The notes: generated from the letters alone by a model not told the origin. DNA of 64,000 nucleotides from the human T2T-CHM13v2.0 reference genome, Homo sapiens (GCF_009914755.1 NC_060927.1); one strand, 5' to 3'. Numbered from the stretch's first letter, positions 42,080-58,984 are shown. Program-made: numbers and translations.

Positions 42080-44161
42080 ATCTGAATGAAGGAAGCGGTC
42101 ATCGAACTATTGACTTACTGAGTGACCCTACGGCTTGACGCGTTTTTATACACAGTATTTCATAAACCTTCTGCACACTCTGGAGGTGGGTATTTCATAC
42201 TCATCAGATTGAATATCACATAGTTACAAAGTGAGAGAGCCACCTTTGAGCTTGACTTCCCCATCCTCTCCTTCTGTTCTCCTTTATCAAGAAAAAAAGA
42301 GACTGAAGAGACTGGCAGATGGATGGGAAAGAAGGAAGAAAAAACCAAATCATACCCAGATACAGTAGATTCCCAATAGGTCTGCGTGGCTGACCACAGA
42401 AACGATGAACACATTTTCCTTTGGTATTACCCAGAACATAACCAACACACAGCTCCCAAATAAAGCCAAAATGAACAGACAGTAAGTGAAAAATCTCCAA
42501 ATTACAGTCTTTCCACAACACCATGGCATGATGGTAAGAGAGTTGTGGCAGAGTTTTCCCAGCCATATCCATTTTTTTTTTCTTCCTTAACAATACCCTC
42601 ATTTGACTGAGAGCATCAGTATACTCAGCTAAGAATAATATTTCTGCAGCTCCTTAGTAGCTACATGTGGCCTTACACATTCTGGCCAATGACACGGAAG
42701 GGTGTGACTTCTGGGAAGCTCTTTTAAAGGAGGCTAGACAGTTGTTAGCCAAGACCTTTTTTTGCCCATTCCCCCTTCTTCCTGCTTCCTGTCTGGAATG
42801 TAAACACAATGGCTAGAGCTCCAGCAGCCATCTTGTGTCATGAAGTAACCTTACAAATGGGAATGGAAGCTGTAACCTGAGGATAGTAGGACGGAAAGTT
42901 ATGAGCCTGGACTTCAAAAAATTTTTAAAATTTTTATACCATGGAGCCACCAGACTAACCCTGGATTGCGTTTCTCTGAACTTCTGAGTGAGAGAAATAA
43001 GCTATTTCTTTATTTACAGTCTCTGTTGCTAGGAAGTGAATGCAATTCCTAAATGATACAGCAGTGGTTTTCAAACAGTAGCATACTTTAGAATCATCTG
43101 AGGCCTTTATTAAAGATGATGGCCATTTTCATCCCTCTGGGTCTGAAAAGGAGGCCAGAACTATGCACTCTTAACACCTCAGACCACTCCAGGAGAAACA
43201 CTAGTTTAAGGAAAAGGCAAACACAAACACAAGGTAAAGGCCAACCCTCCTGAAGTGTAATCTCAGACATGAGCTGATACATTTGGAAGGTTTTATAAAA
43301 TCCAACTTAACCCAGGGACTAATTCGAACACTGATCCTTTATTTCACGTGCCCCCTCACCTGCAGTTTGAGAAGCTTGGAACCTTGTTTAATCTACCTCA
43401 ATTCGGGGAGGTAATATCTAAAATGCACCTGAGCATCTCAGAAGGCAGGTTGTACAGAGAAGGGAAAGATGCTGCCTGAATTTGCTGCACGTGGTGGTCT
43501 TTAAAAAAGTACACAGTGGTTCCCAAATGGGGACCTGGAGGACCATCAGGTAGCATTACAGCTGTGAGTAAATAGGGATGGGCTGCTCATGAGGGCCCCT
43601 GTGTTCATTTTGCCCCTATTTGCCAGAATTTCATTACCCAAGCAATAGGAGAAAAGTGCCGTTAAGTGGCATTTAAGAGGTGAAATTGTACCAAGTTTGG
43701 CTCCTTCCCTTTTCTCCTGGAGACCCACATTATAATTTTAATTGGTTTACTCAGGAAGCAATTTAGGAAACAACAGTCTAATGCCTAATGCCTAAACAAT
43801 GTCTCCATCATGTTGAACTCCCCTAGGATTAGGATCAAAATCAGAAATAAAAGCTCATTTGCAGTATTTTCAAAGAAGACTCTTTCAAAGACTCCTTTCT
43901 TTTGTTCACACTTGATGTCTAATTCAACAGTGATTCTTGTTGGATGTCGGTTCAAAACATATCCAGAATCCAGTCATTTTCCACCACCCCTGCAGGACCA
44001 GTCTAGCTATGACTAAGTGCTCGCCTGAGCTATTGCTGTGGCTACTTCTGGACCCGGCTTTCACCTTTGTGCCTCTGCAGTCGAGTCTCTATTCAGCAGC
44101 AATAACAACTCCATTGGAATATAAACCAGGGTGTGTCACTGCTCTGCTCAAAACCCTGGAT

Positions 44162-44510
44162 GGTCTGGGTGCAGTAGCTCATACCTGCAATCCCAGCACT
44201 TTGGGAGGCTAAGGGAGGATGATTGCTTGAGCCCAGGAGTTCGAGACTGGCCTGGGAAACAAAGGTAGACCATGCCTCTAGAAACATTAAAAAAAAAAAA
44301 AAAAAAAAAACAGCCTGGCTGTGGTGGTGCACACCTGTGGTCTCAGCTACTCTGGAGGCTGAGCTGGGAGGATCACTTGAGTCTGGGAGGTTGAGGCTGC
44401 AGTGAGTGGCGAATGCGCCACTGCCCTCCAGCCTGGGTGACAGAGTGAGATTCTATCTCAAAAAAACAAAACAAAACAATACAAAACAAAAAAACTCAAA
44501 ACCCCCAAAA
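44162..44510 (+). mobile_element. AluJ-type element within an L2 fragment
   Basis: ggaggatgattgcttgagcccaggagttcgag; TSD-like aaccctgga on both sides. Confidence 0.85.
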
Positions 44511-44836
44511 CAACAACCCTGGATTATCTCCCATGCCTCTATAATGCAAAGCCAAAGTCTTCACTATAGCACCATGACCTCCCCACTCCTTACAACCTGG
44601 CTGACTCTGTCTCTTACCATATTCCTTTTGTTCAGGTCTTGTGCTCACAATGACCTCCTTGCTGTTCCTTTCACCTCATGGCCTTTACACCAGCCATTCC
44701 CTCGGCCTGAAAGGTTATTCCCCCAGATATTTACATGGTGTCATCCTCCTTTCTTCCAGTCTTTGCTCAAGGGCCACCTTGGCTGCCTTCCTTGACTATC
44801 CTAATAAATTAGCACCTCTATCCCTTATCTTCCAAC

Positions 44837-45051
44837 CCAGTACTTCTCAAATGGGGGCAATAATACCCCCCAAGAGATATTTGACAATGTCTACAAACAT
44901 TTTTTGTTATTGCAACTTGGGGAGGGAGCCGCTTTGGCACATATAGTGGGTAGAGGCCAGGGACGCTGCCAAACTTCCTACAATACATGGGTCAGCCCCA
45001 ACAGCAAAAGATCCCCATCAAAATGCCAACAGTGCTGAAACTGATAAACTC
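44837..45051 (+). mobile_element. MER20-like hAT element
   Basis: agtgggtagaggccagggacgctgccaaacttcctacaatac. Confidence 0.7.
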
Positions 45052-46264
45052 TTCATCTGCTTTTTGTCAAAGAACTTATCAGTTGTTGACAAATGATCTA
45101 TTTGTTTGTTGACTTTCTCTTCCCTCTAGAATGTGAGTACTTATGACTGTGTTTGCTGTATACCCCCAGAAGAGGGTCTGGCATGTACAAGATACTCAAT
45201 AAGTGTTTGTTGAATGGATGCATGCTGTATTCAAATCTTACCTTTCTAGCTGTCTGGGTTATTAGAGGATCTAGACAGACACATACAGCAAGAGAATAAA
45301 CAAGCGAGATTTCAAGAGGAAACAGAGTAAAACTCATTAAGCTTCTCTTTCATTCCATCAAAGCATTTGCTTTTTTCACCAAAGATTAGTGCTGTGGGGT
45401 GGGTGGAGATGCTAAGTAAAGGATGCATGGAATAACTGTCAATATACTGTTTATTTCAGAGGAAGTGACAAAAGCGACACCCATTTGTATTTGAAGCCAG
45501 AGAATTTCTTTCAAGTTGAGTTAACTTCGTTTGAACAAACTAAGGAAAATAATTATGTTATGCCCTAAGCCGGTACCATAATTCAGAATCACATGAGTTG
45601 CTTTGCTCCTATGCCTGTTAGTTCTCACATGACCACTCTTTCCAACCCTGTTTATTATTTTATTTAGAATATTAAACTTCAATGTTTTGTTAGAAAATAC
45701 ATTCCATTTAGTTTGGAGCATTATCTGACATTTATTTTATCTTGTGTTAAAGAAAAGGTTGCAGAAATGGAAGAACTTGGGGTTTGAACATTTTCTACTT
45801 AAGCTACACTTAAATAGACTCCCTCATCCCAATTTTATCAAAACACCCTTTGCAGATTGTCTACGCATTTGCGTATATGCCCTATTAAAAATTCCCCAAC
45901 AGTTGCTAACTTCATTTGACAACAGTTTCAATACTGCCTTTAGATAAAATACACACATACATAAGTATGAAAAAAGAAGGATGGCAGTTTCTTATAGGGG
46001 TAACTTGTTTGGACTCTGCAGTCAGATTGTTTGGGTTCCAATAATGGATGTAACACTTACCATCTGCATGTAGTTGGGCAAGTTATTTGATCTCTTGTAG
46101 AAAGTTAATATCTCCATCTGTAAATTGGGGACAATAATATCTACCTTGAAGCATTAATAAGAGGCTCAAATGATATCGTGTAACTAACAAAGAGAGAGGC
46201 ACAGGCTGAAGGCTCTATATTTCTTGGCTTTGAAGCAGTCTAATGCATAATTCATAAATGTCTA

Positions 46265-46610
46265 TGTTATAAACAGAATTGTGTACCCCCTGTGATTCAC
46301 ATATCAAATCCCTAACCCCTATGTGTGACTATATTTATAGATAGGGCCTTTAAGGAGGTAATTAAGATTAAATGAGGTCATAAGGCTGGGGCCCTATTCA
46401 ATAAGACTGGTGTCCTTGTAAGAAGAGGAAGAGATAACCAGGAGCATGCACAGAGAAAAGGCCATCTGCAAGCCAGGAAGAAAAGCCTCACCAGAAATCA
46501 ACCCTGCTGACATCTTGATCTTGAGCTTTTGGACTCCAGAACTGTGAGAAAATAAATTTCTGTTGTTTAAGCCACCCAGTCTGTGCTATTCTGTTATCTG
46601 TGATACGCAA
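46265..46610 (+). mobile_element. MLT1 MaLR solo LTR
   Basis: gggcctttaaggaggtaattaag...ccagaactgtgagaaaataaatttctgttgtttaagccacccagtctgtg. Confidence 0.8.
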
Positions 46611-46804
46611 GTGTAAGGAACTGTTGAGTGCTTGTGGGGAAAGAACACACACATGAATGGGAAACCACCCCTAGGTGGAAAGAGGTTATATTTGGCAGAG
46701 GGTATAAGACAAGTAGACAAATGACTACAATACAAAGTTAAAATAATGCAAAAGCCATAATAGGTAGACAAAAACACTACAAAGATTCAATAAAAAATAA
46801 GTTA

Positions 46805-47180
46805 GGTACTGATTTGTAGCATTTGCCAATTTCCATAGGGTATGTGATCCCACTATGAATCCCACATTCAAGCTACCAATGTGATGTCATCGGATGTGGA
46901 ACTGGGAAGAGCTATACATAGCATACCATCACACAGTACTCCCACTATACAGATATAATAGGCAAAACAGTCTCAAGAACATAGATAACAGTGGAATAGG
47001 ATAAATTAAATAGGAAGTGATGAATTTCAAGTATTTATCATCTTTAAAAAATATAATTTATTTAATTATAAGTTTATATAATTAAATTTTCATAATGGCT
47101 GTATTTAACAATGGATTTACAAAATTCCTGAAAACTGACCAATTGGCTCTTGCAAGGCAGTATGAGGCCGGCTCTAGCAT
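46805..47180. mobile_element. MER63-like hAT element
   Basis: gatttgtagcatttgccaatttcc...aaaattcctgaaaa...ggccggctctagca. Confidence 0.55.
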
Positions 47181-47962
47181 TCTGTCAGAAGCTTAAATGG
47201 CCAGTATCCTTGGCAAATTCTCTTTTAAAAAGTAAAAAGAGCAGTAGAAGAGCTGTAAATGAGATTAAACAGCTAAAGAGCACTTTGAAGAGTACGATGA
47301 CAACTGATCTGTTGCCCAACTCTGTCTTCAACGGTCCCAGCAAATCACACATTAAGCCAAGTTGTCTATCTCAGCTGACACATACTTCAGAATAGTCACA
47401 GCTCTTCTGTCTCCCAGCCTTTTCCGAATCTCCAGAATTTTGCCCTTTCTCTAAACCACGCTTTTCTTTTCTCCCTCCTGTCTCCTTTCTAAACTCCCAG
47501 GAATAATAAGAACTGATGAACACTCACAATTATTTATGTATTGGCAGGTGTTTTGTTTTCTCAAAGTAAAGAGGATGTGAGTTAAACATAGTGTAGTTCC
47601 CCATGAAGAAGAAAAACAACAACAAAACCCCCTCCCAAACCTTAATAAAACTCCTTTTTTATGCTAGTACGTTGTTATCAAACTGTGTTCTAGTAGGTCA
47701 GTGATTCTTAATAGAGAAAAAAAAGATTCTCCACTTTGGGAATAGCTACTCCAGTATCAACTGAGTTAATATTTACCTACAGTATAGGAGAAAGAAACTG
47801 CATTTGATGTTGAATGTTTGAGTCCTAACCATGACAAATTCTAAGCGTGCAATATTTGGCCAAGTTAACTACCTACTCTGGGCTTCATTGTCCTTATCTC
47901 TAGGACTAGAATACTTGTATTCATCTCATACAGTTATTGTGAGGATTTAAAGTGATGAAAAG

Positions 47963-49361
47963 GTGGCTCCTGCAAGGCACTGAAGATGGCAGCCGCTGTG
48001 GGAAGGTTGTCCCTAGCTTCGGTTGCCGACATGTGCGCACCATCCTGTCTCTGCAGTCCTTAGGCCTGTGGCTTCTGGGGAAAACATGCTTGACAAACAT
48101 ATTGTGGTCTGATTCTGGTCGAGCAGAATTCGCCTTTGGCACAATTTCCTCATACCATGCACTTGCTGTCACCCTATTTTAAAGGTACAGCCTTTGTCAA
48201 TGCAGAGTTCAAAGATCTAAGCCTTGATGATAATGAGGGGAAATGTTTGGTGCTTTTCTCCTATCCTTTGGATTTCACCTTTGTGTGTCGACAACAATTT
48301 CTTGCTGTTAGTGATAAAGAATGAATTTTACAATGTGAACTGTGAAGTTGTTGCAGTCTTAGTGGATTCCCACTTTAGCCATCTTGCTTGGATAAATATA
48401 CCAAGAAAGAATGGTGATTTGGGCCACATGAACATCACACTTTTCTCAGATTTAATTAAACACATTTCCTGAGACTATGGTGTGCTGTTAGAAGGTCCTG
48501 GTTTGCACTAAGAGGAGTCTTCATAATTGACCCCATGAATTTATCAAGCATTTGAGTGTCAGTGACCTCCCAGTGGGCTAAAACGTGGAAGACACCCTCT
48601 GCTTGGTAAAGGCATTCCAGTTTGTAAAAAAAACCCATGGAGAAGTCTGCCCAGCAAACTGGACACTAGAGTCTCCTACAATCAAGTCAAATCAAACTGT
48701 TTCCAAAGAATACTTTGAGAAGGTAAATCAGTGGATCACCCCATGTGTATCTGCACCTTCTCATCACAGAGAGGAACCCCAGTTGAAACCTGCTTTTAGC
48801 ATTTCAAAGATGATTATTTTTGTAGAAGGCAAGGAACCTATTATGCTTGTATTCATGAACACTACTCTATATGTTTTGTTTTTGTAATACTGGCTAAGGT
48901 TTTTTTAAACATGGTTAGTTGCTAGTGTAAGGAGTCTTTAGTGGAAATATCTTGATGGCTAGCTAGTTAGTTTCTACAGAACACTAGTTCACCTACTTCT
49001 TAGATCGTGTCTTCAGTGGAAACACTCTTCTTTCTTGGCCTTATTTGAATATTTGTCTACACCAAAGTAGTACAACAAGCATTGCAAGCTTCTGATCAAG
49101 GGTCCCGAAATTTTCTTCTTGAATTTCTTCATATGAAACTGAATTGTTTTAAGTTAACAAAGATCAAAGCTTTAAGTTCCCTTAGATTTATAGTTTAGTC
49201 ATTTTGTTCATTACATCTACATGCATTTCTAGATATTGACTGGTATAATTGATTATACAGGATATTTATTGAATCCAGGTATTGCATTTTGAAATTATTA
49301 CAATTATTTTCTTTGCTGGTGTTCAATATAAAATGTAATAAAAATAAACATATTTTAAAAT
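47963..49361 (+). pseudogene. PRDX3P4: Processed pseudogene of peroxiredoxin 3 (PRDX3), antisense to PRICKLE2; probably the locus annotated PRDX3P4
   Basis: ATG at 47986 (MAAAVGRL), then intronless fragments in shifting frames: [83 protein letters not shown]. Frameshifts and internal stops; native stop now TGG (48732-48734); 3'UTR ending in AATAAA; approximate TSD AAAGTGATGAAAAG (47949-47962) / AAAGTGACAAAAG (49362-49374). PRDX3 origin is secure; the pseudogene number is from memory. Confidence 0.9.
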
Positions 49362-50659
49362 AAAGTGACAAAAGAATGAAAATACACTGTGAACTATAAG
49401 GCTGTACATAATTGTCAGATTAGTTTTATTATTATTAAAAATAACAACAAAACTAGAAATTATAATTGCTTTGGGCTGCTAGTAATCATGACCCGAGAAT
49501 AGTGGCCTAGGACTGGTTTGGCATTTTATAAAAACCATGAAGCACCTAGGCTCTTCCTGTCTTTCTGTACCCATCATCCATGTGTTAGTGACATCTATGC
49601 TCAAAACTGCAAAATGGCTACTGGAGTCTCAACCATCACATTCACGTTCGAGGTAAGAAGGTGGGTAAGGGTAAGAGGCAGATGGATCAACAACATTTAA
49701 AGAGTTTTACTAGAAGTACTAACCTCCTATTTATAATTCCTTGAATAGGACTAGCTGCAAGGGAAGCTAGGAAACAGGGTCCTTAGTAGGGCATACTGCT
49801 GCCCAGAATACAATCAGGTTCCGTTATTAGGAAAGGAGGAGATGCTAAAACTGGGTGACACCTAGCAATCTGTCTCCAAAGAATATCTGAATTTTGAGTT
49901 ATCTCTTTCTTATGTGGAGTCCTTAGGAGTGTCCTACATGGTATCTTTTCTGTGCATTTTAAATCATTGTTTTTGATTCTGCACTTCACATATGACATAA
50001 TTAGTCCATTACCCTCCTCTATTACTATTAGTTTCACAGGGTTATGCAAAGCCAGTTTGAATAAAGTTTAGAAGCAAAGACAGAAGGAAATTCTAGGACC
50101 AATTCAAGTTTTCAAGTGTCCAAAGTGATTCATAATGACACATGCTATAATCCAAAGAAAGAATTCTTTTTGCAAGAGACTGGAGCTTACTGATCACAGG
50201 ACATTGTTGGAAACACATTTTAGAATACAGGTAACCTTTGTTTCAAGTCAGTTCATTTAAGGCAGTTTCATTTCTGCACATTAAATACATGATTGAGAAG
50301 TGACCAGAAAATATGAAAATGAAGGAACTCACTTATACATTACAAAGGATATATTTCTGACTACCACGGCTACTTTCAGCCTGAGTAACTTGCCTTGCCC
50401 ACTAAGTTTCAAATGAATCATAAAAACAATTGTGAGAATTCAGTCTTTCCTGTTCCAAAACGCCAAAAGATCAGTGAAGGTAATATCTTGGCCTGCGGGT
50501 TATAGTTTGCGTATAGCCATAAAACCCTAAAGGGCCTATATTATGCCACTTTAGAGAAACAGACAGGAAAGAAGGTTTGGTTTGGATGAGCTAGAGTATG
50601 ACACAATATCTCAAACACCACCAAAATATCACTAGTTTTGTACTGCAGTGTTTTTTAAT

Positions 50660-51890
<1,231 letters not shown>

Positions 51891-52245
51891 TATTTCTGTC
51901 TCACACTGTATCCTCCTATAGGTAGGCAGAGACCCAGGTGATGGGGGCTCCATATGGAGATATGCCTCCATGAGGATGGCAGCAGAGAAAAGGATGGTTG
52001 GAGCTGAACACTGGCAGTGAAAAGCTTTTTTCCTGGATATGATACATGTGACTTCTGTTCAGGTTTCATTGGTGAAAGCAAGTCTCATGGACATGCCTAA
52101 CTTTAAACGGACTGAGAAAGTACATTCCCCCTTTGTGCCTGGAAGAAGAAGGAACCAACCATTTGTAAATAGCCATAATCCCTGCCACAGCAGGGAAAGA
52201 AGAGAGTACTATGTAAACAGGATATTACATTTTGCAAAGGTAAAC

Positions 52246-53385
<1,140 letters not shown>

Positions 53386-54126
53386 AAATTATAAACCATT
53401 TGATCACCAAGGAGTAAAGGGCTGAGCCAGGATTTAAATTTAGGTCTGACTTCAAAGCTCATTCTCTATCCATTCCACCCCACTGTCTCCCAAAACTAGT
53501 CAAAGGATTACACTCTGTCCTATGTATTTGATGAATCAATGAGCAGTGTAGTCACAGTTCATTCTTCAAGCTTGCAATTCCTGCTAAAACCTTAAATACT
53601 AAACAGGCCAGAGTGGCTGCTTAATCATGAAAGCCACATGGATCAGTTTGAACTCCAAAGAAGGTAGAAATCAACTGCATTATTGAGTAATGTGCATACT
53701 TTGAATGTTATGTGCGTATGTTATATAATGAGGATTATGGGAACTAACTCAGGCTTGGTGAATTTGTTTCCCCTTTGGTCTGTGCAAGAGAAGTTAATGT
53801 GCCCAGGTTCATCCTCAACAAAGACCATGTGGTCCTTGAAGGGACTGCTCCAATTCCTGAGAGTTATCTATGTATGTATGTGTTTATTTATTTTGCGGTA
53901 AAATATACAGAATATAAAATTTAGCATTTTTACCACTTTTCAGCAGCATTAAATACATTCACATAGTTGTGCAACTGCTACCACGATCCTTCTCCAGAAC
54001 TTCTTTTATCTTCCCATACTGAAACTCTGTACTCATTAACCACTCACTTCCCATTCTCCTCCCCTTCAGCCCTTGGAAGCCACCATTTTCCTTTCAGTAT
54101 CTACAAATTTGACAATTTGAGAATGA

Positions 54127-54418
54127 TTTTTTTTTTTTTTAATAAAGTCTCACTCTGTCACCTAGGCTGGAGTGCAGTAGCACTATCTCTGCTCACTGCA
54201 ACCTCCACCTCCTGGGTCCAAGCAATTCTCCTGCCTCAGCCTCCTGAGTAGCTGGGATTACAGGCATGTGCCACCACATCCGGCTAATTTTTGTGTTTTT
54301 AGTAGAGACGGGGTTTCACCATGTTGGCCAGGCTGGTCTCAAACTCCTGACCTCACGTGATCCACCCATCTTGGCCTCCCAAGGTACCAGGATTACAGGT
54401 GTGAGCCACCGCCCAGCT
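54127..54418 (-). mobile_element. AluS next to an L1 3'-end fragment (about 53890-54120)
   Basis: Full dimer. Confidence 0.88.
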
Positions 54419-55659
54419 GAGAGTGATTTTTATTACGTGTTGGGAACAAATGTTTTTCTGTGGTAAATTCTCTGAAATTATGGTGAAAATCAATGGGGAG
54501 AAAATGAGTCAGACAGTGTGTCTACACTTACATTTAAGTCCTTTCATAAGCAACTTTCCTTCTGTTTTTAATAAGACAATCAAGGATCACAGGGAAGATG
54601 CTGGCCCCAGCAATCAGAATCTATAACAAATGAAATGATCTGGCAACTCATTTGTGTGTAGCATTTTCATTGAGAAGACCTAGGAAATAAATCACCACTG
54701 ATAATTGGGCAAGTTATAGCTTCTGAATTATTAGTCTCAGGCCATTCACTTTGTTATATTTTACAGATTATAGAATTCCGTTTATACAGTACCTCTTCCT
54801 GGCTCACGACAGAGTCTTCTGATTGCTCTAGGAGTGGCATGAGAAGCAACAAAAGGTGTTAGCCAACAATTGTGAGAGACAAGCACTCAGCATCAATGAG
54901 GCTCAGACCCAAAAAAGCAGTTCTGGCAGGCATCCTTCCGCATCCTGACAGTCCCAACATCCAGACTAAAACAACGCTCATCCTCTTGCTATCACAGTCT
55001 TCATCCAAAACTGGAGATACTGTTAGGTGGTTAGCCAACAACATTGCCTTACTCTACTAGTGCCCTTTAGTTTTGGTTATCTATTATAATTATGTCCTTT
55101 CTCTTTGTTGCCTATAGCATGCTTTCCCCTTGTTTTAGTTATTCTACTGACAGCTCTTCCAGACCCTTTCGGAAACTAGGCAGAAAATGGATTGAAAAGA
55201 AAAAAAAACAATCTTAACTTTTCTACCACATGTTTAGGAAGTAACCTTTGAAAATGGGAGTTTCAGAATCCGTTGTTAATGTGTTAAGTGAAGGGAGCAA
55301 AGATGTGTGAAAAATAACAGACATAAAATGATCTTAAAATTCTTAGTATTCATATGATTTTGTTTTAAAGAGAAACTACCCAAAATTATATCTTACTTTG
55401 GCTTGAGTGAATATGAACCCAAGGTCTGGTGAATTGATTCAGAAGTATATTGAGATGCAGGCTACTCAAGGCGGGAAGAAAAATCTTTCATGGGTAATCT
55501 AAGATGTGGCATTAAAACGTGTGTCACAGAAGATCACTATTAAGAAGGAAGACAAAAATGCTGAATAACTGGAGCTTTGTTAAAAGTGATAGAGGGAGGA
55601 AAGCACAGCAAGTGCAAAGGCATGAGGTGGGAGGAAGCTTGGAGTTCTTGAAGAGTGGC

Positions 55660-56336
55660 CCTATGGTCTGAATTTGTACCCCCAAATTCATGTGTTGGAA
55701 ACTTATTCCCCAATGCAACAGTGTTGGGAGATGGGACCTTTTGGAAGTTGCTTGGAATAGATTAATGCTGACATAAAGAGGGCTTGTGGCCAGGCGTGGT
55801 TGTGGTCACTCACACCTGTAATCTCAGCACTCTGGGAGGACAAGGTGGAAGATCCTTTGAGTCCGGGTGTTAGAGACCAGCCTGGGCAACAAGGTGAAAC
55901 CCTGTCTCTACAAAAAATACAAAAAGTAGCTGGGAGTGGTTGTGCGCATCTACAGTCCCAGTTACCTGGGAGGCTGAGGTGGGAGGATGGAGGATCATCT
56001 GAGTGCAGGGAGGTTGAAGCTGCAGTGACCTATAATTGCACCACTGCACTCTGGCCTAGGTGACAGAATGAAACCTTGTCTCAGAAAGAAAAAAAAAAAA
56101 AGGACTTGCTGGAGTGGGTTCATCTCTTCTGTTCTTCTGCCATGTGGGGACACATTCCCTCTTTTGCCCTTTGGCCTTTCACCACCTGAGGATGCAGCAA
56201 GAAAGCCCTCACCAGATGCTGGTGCCTTGATCCTGAACATTTCAGCCTCTGGAATTGTGAGAGAATAAATTTCTGGTCTTTATAAATTACACTGTCTCAG
56301 GTATTCTGTTATAGCAGCACAAAACAGACTAAGACA
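55660..56336 (+). mobile_element. MST-type MaLR LTR interrupted by an AluJ-type element (55788-56101)
   Basis: ctatggtctgaatttgtacccccaaattcatgtgttggaaac...tattctgttatagcagcacaaaacagactaagaca. Confidence 0.8.
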
Positions 56337-56399
56337 AGTGGCTAACAGACTAAGACAAGGATCCAGTGTGGCTGGATGTTAAGAAATGGCGAATAACCA

Positions 56400-57220
56400 C
56401 TCTAAGAATATAAATATATTCTGTATCTTTCCACCAAGCAAAGGAAAATGAAGAAAACTGGGAAGGCTTCATTAAAAAAAATAGAACACAAGAAAACAGA
56501 AAAAAGCAGAGGAAAAAAGATAGCAAATAGAAAATAAAGTGGTAGGAATGATTATATAAGTTATCATAATAAATTTAAATGTATTATACCCATCAATTAA
56601 AAGATGGATTATCAGTTTGGAATAATAGGAATGCAATATCTATCATGTGCTGCTTGCAGAGTCCCACTTAAAACCATAAGAAAAGGCTTAAAATAAAAGA
56701 ATGGAAAAGCATAGTCTTGCAATTACTCACCAAAAGAAAGCTAGTATGCAATGTTAGTATTATAGAAACCAGAATTTGAACAAATACAATTAGGCAAGAT
56801 ATAAAGGGATGTTACAATTAATAGATCCTTGGTCATTTCAAAATTATTAGTGATACAATTTATTGACCCGTTTTATAATGGCCACCAGTTCACTACTTCT
56901 ATTCCTGAAAAATATTATGTAGCTGTTCATAAAATTTTAAAAGTTATTTTATGTTCAAATAAACAAAATAACACATATATTTATAAGGAATGTTACAAAA
57001 GAATAATCTATCAAAACTATAGTATAACCATAGGTTATATTATATATTATATACTATAACTTGTGGGCACCTAAAAACATAGCCTCAAATGCATAAAGCA
57101 AAAACAGAAATCTAAGGAAAAACAAATCTATAATTACAGAGAAAGATTTTAAGTTGCCTTCATTCGGCATTGATAGACCAAAAAGGCAAAAATTATGAAA
57201 GCTATAGAGTATATCACAGC
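56400..57220 (+). mobile_element. Ancient L1 fragment (start of ORF2)
   Basis: A-rich; tgctgcttgcagagtcccactta..aggcttaaaataaaagaatggaaaag..caccaaaagaaagctag. Confidence 0.55.
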
Positions 57221-58040
57221 AATAGTAATTACTGTTCATGAACTCTATCATCATCTTTCTTCTAACAATTTGGAAACATTGCCATGTTTATTTTTACTTT
57301 ATAATGGAAAGAAAATATTTCACATCTTTACAATCCAAATGGGAAATAGAAGCTAGAAGATGCAAAGAAACTTGGTCAAGGCCACTTGATCACTGCCTGA
57401 AAACAAACTTTTCTGATCCATGACTTTTTCTGCACTTGAATGCTCTCTTTTCTGTGTATCTTCCCAGTCTACATTCCCTGGGTATTTACCCTGATGTCGT
57501 AGGGGAAGAGTGGTATATTAACTGCTCCCTAAGCACTGGCCCTATGCGACAATGAGCAAGTCATGTACGTTCTCTGAGACTGTTTTCTTAAATATTAAAT
57601 CCAAGGTTTGGGCTTAAGAATTTCTGTTCTGTCTTGTTTTGCTTATATCTTAGAATGCTTTAATTCTTGCCCCCAACATCTATGGACAAGAACTTCAGAC
57701 TTAGATCTCAGTCTTGTTTCCCCAGATAGGCCTTACCAAGAAAAGTGTTTTCAAAACAATTGGCCATTCTAGTCTGGAAAGATATACATTTCTTGAAATG
57801 CCAGGTACTGATTAAGTGCTCTATAAGGCAGGAAACATTACTGTCTTCATTTTATAGATGAGAAAGAATGACCTCAACAAGGTAAAACAACTTGCTCCAA
57901 TCATAAATATAGCTGGACAGTGGCAGAACTGGATCAGGTCCCAGCTGCGTCTGATACCACAGCCATGGCTCTTAATTACTGTGCTTGAGAAAGACCACAG
58001 AAAATGGTCCCACTGATCATATTTCAGCAGAGCTGTTTCT

Positions 58041-58370
58041 TTTAGTTATGTTTAGTTATTTTAATTTTATTTTTTTTAAGACACAGGGCCTTGCTCTGTC
58101 ACCCAGCTGTAATGCAATGGTGCTATTATAGCTCACTGCAGCCTTGAACTCCTGAGCTCAAGCAATCTGCCAGCTTCAGCCTCCTGAATGGCTGGGGCTA
58201 CAGGCCCACACCAATGACTGACTGATTTAAAAAAAAAAAATTTGAGATGGAATCTCGCTATGCTGCCCAGGCTGGTTTCAAACTCCTAGACTCAAGCCAT
58301 CATTCAAGCGATCCTCCTGTCTCAGGCTCCAAGTAGCTTGGATTACAGGTATGAGTCACTGTTCCAGGCC
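58041..58370 (-). mobile_element. AluJ-type element
   Basis: TSD AGAGCTGTTTCT on both sides. Confidence 0.85.
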
Positions 58371-58984
58371 AGAAGAGCTGTTTCTCATGGCATATTCACC
58401 ATCCAGATGAATTCTTGACTATCCACACAGCAATGGGGCACAAAAGAAGATGGATGTTTCACAACTATGTTCAAGCCCAACCTCAAATTTATCCATGTCA
58501 TTTGACCTTCTCTCTCAACACACGTAGAATTGCCAAGTGGTTGGCAAACTTAGTTGGTTGGCACTGCAGCTTTTTTCCCTGGTTGCCTCTCTAAGGCTAT
58601 GATTCTTGCAATAACTTACATAATGATGGAAGAGAAAGGAGACTATAATACAAGCCCAAATGTTAGGGCCTACATGTTAGATATTGTCCTTGGGAACATA
58701 CAGAGATTAAGTGTTCACAATTTTGATCATCAACCCTGAGGAAATTATTACCTTCTCACCAAACACTGGATCCAGTGAGGATGGAGACACCACCTCTTTT
58801 TTCCTAACACCCTTTGGCAAGAGTCAGAAAGGTTTCTCAGGACCCCAGGATTGTAGGGAAGTTAATGTTTACAGACCCCCCCTAGATTGCTGCTAGAATT
58901 TTTGGTATCTTTCAGTAAGTTAGGAAAAGACAGCCTCCCAACTAAGAATTAGAAAAAGTCAGTCCCCAAGCTAGATTATCTGAT

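Noticed and set aside
48585-48887. 100-aa peroxiredoxin-like ORF
   Set aside because: C-terminal fragment of the frameshifted PRDX3 pseudogene reading through the lost stop; it lacks the peroxidatic-Cys region.
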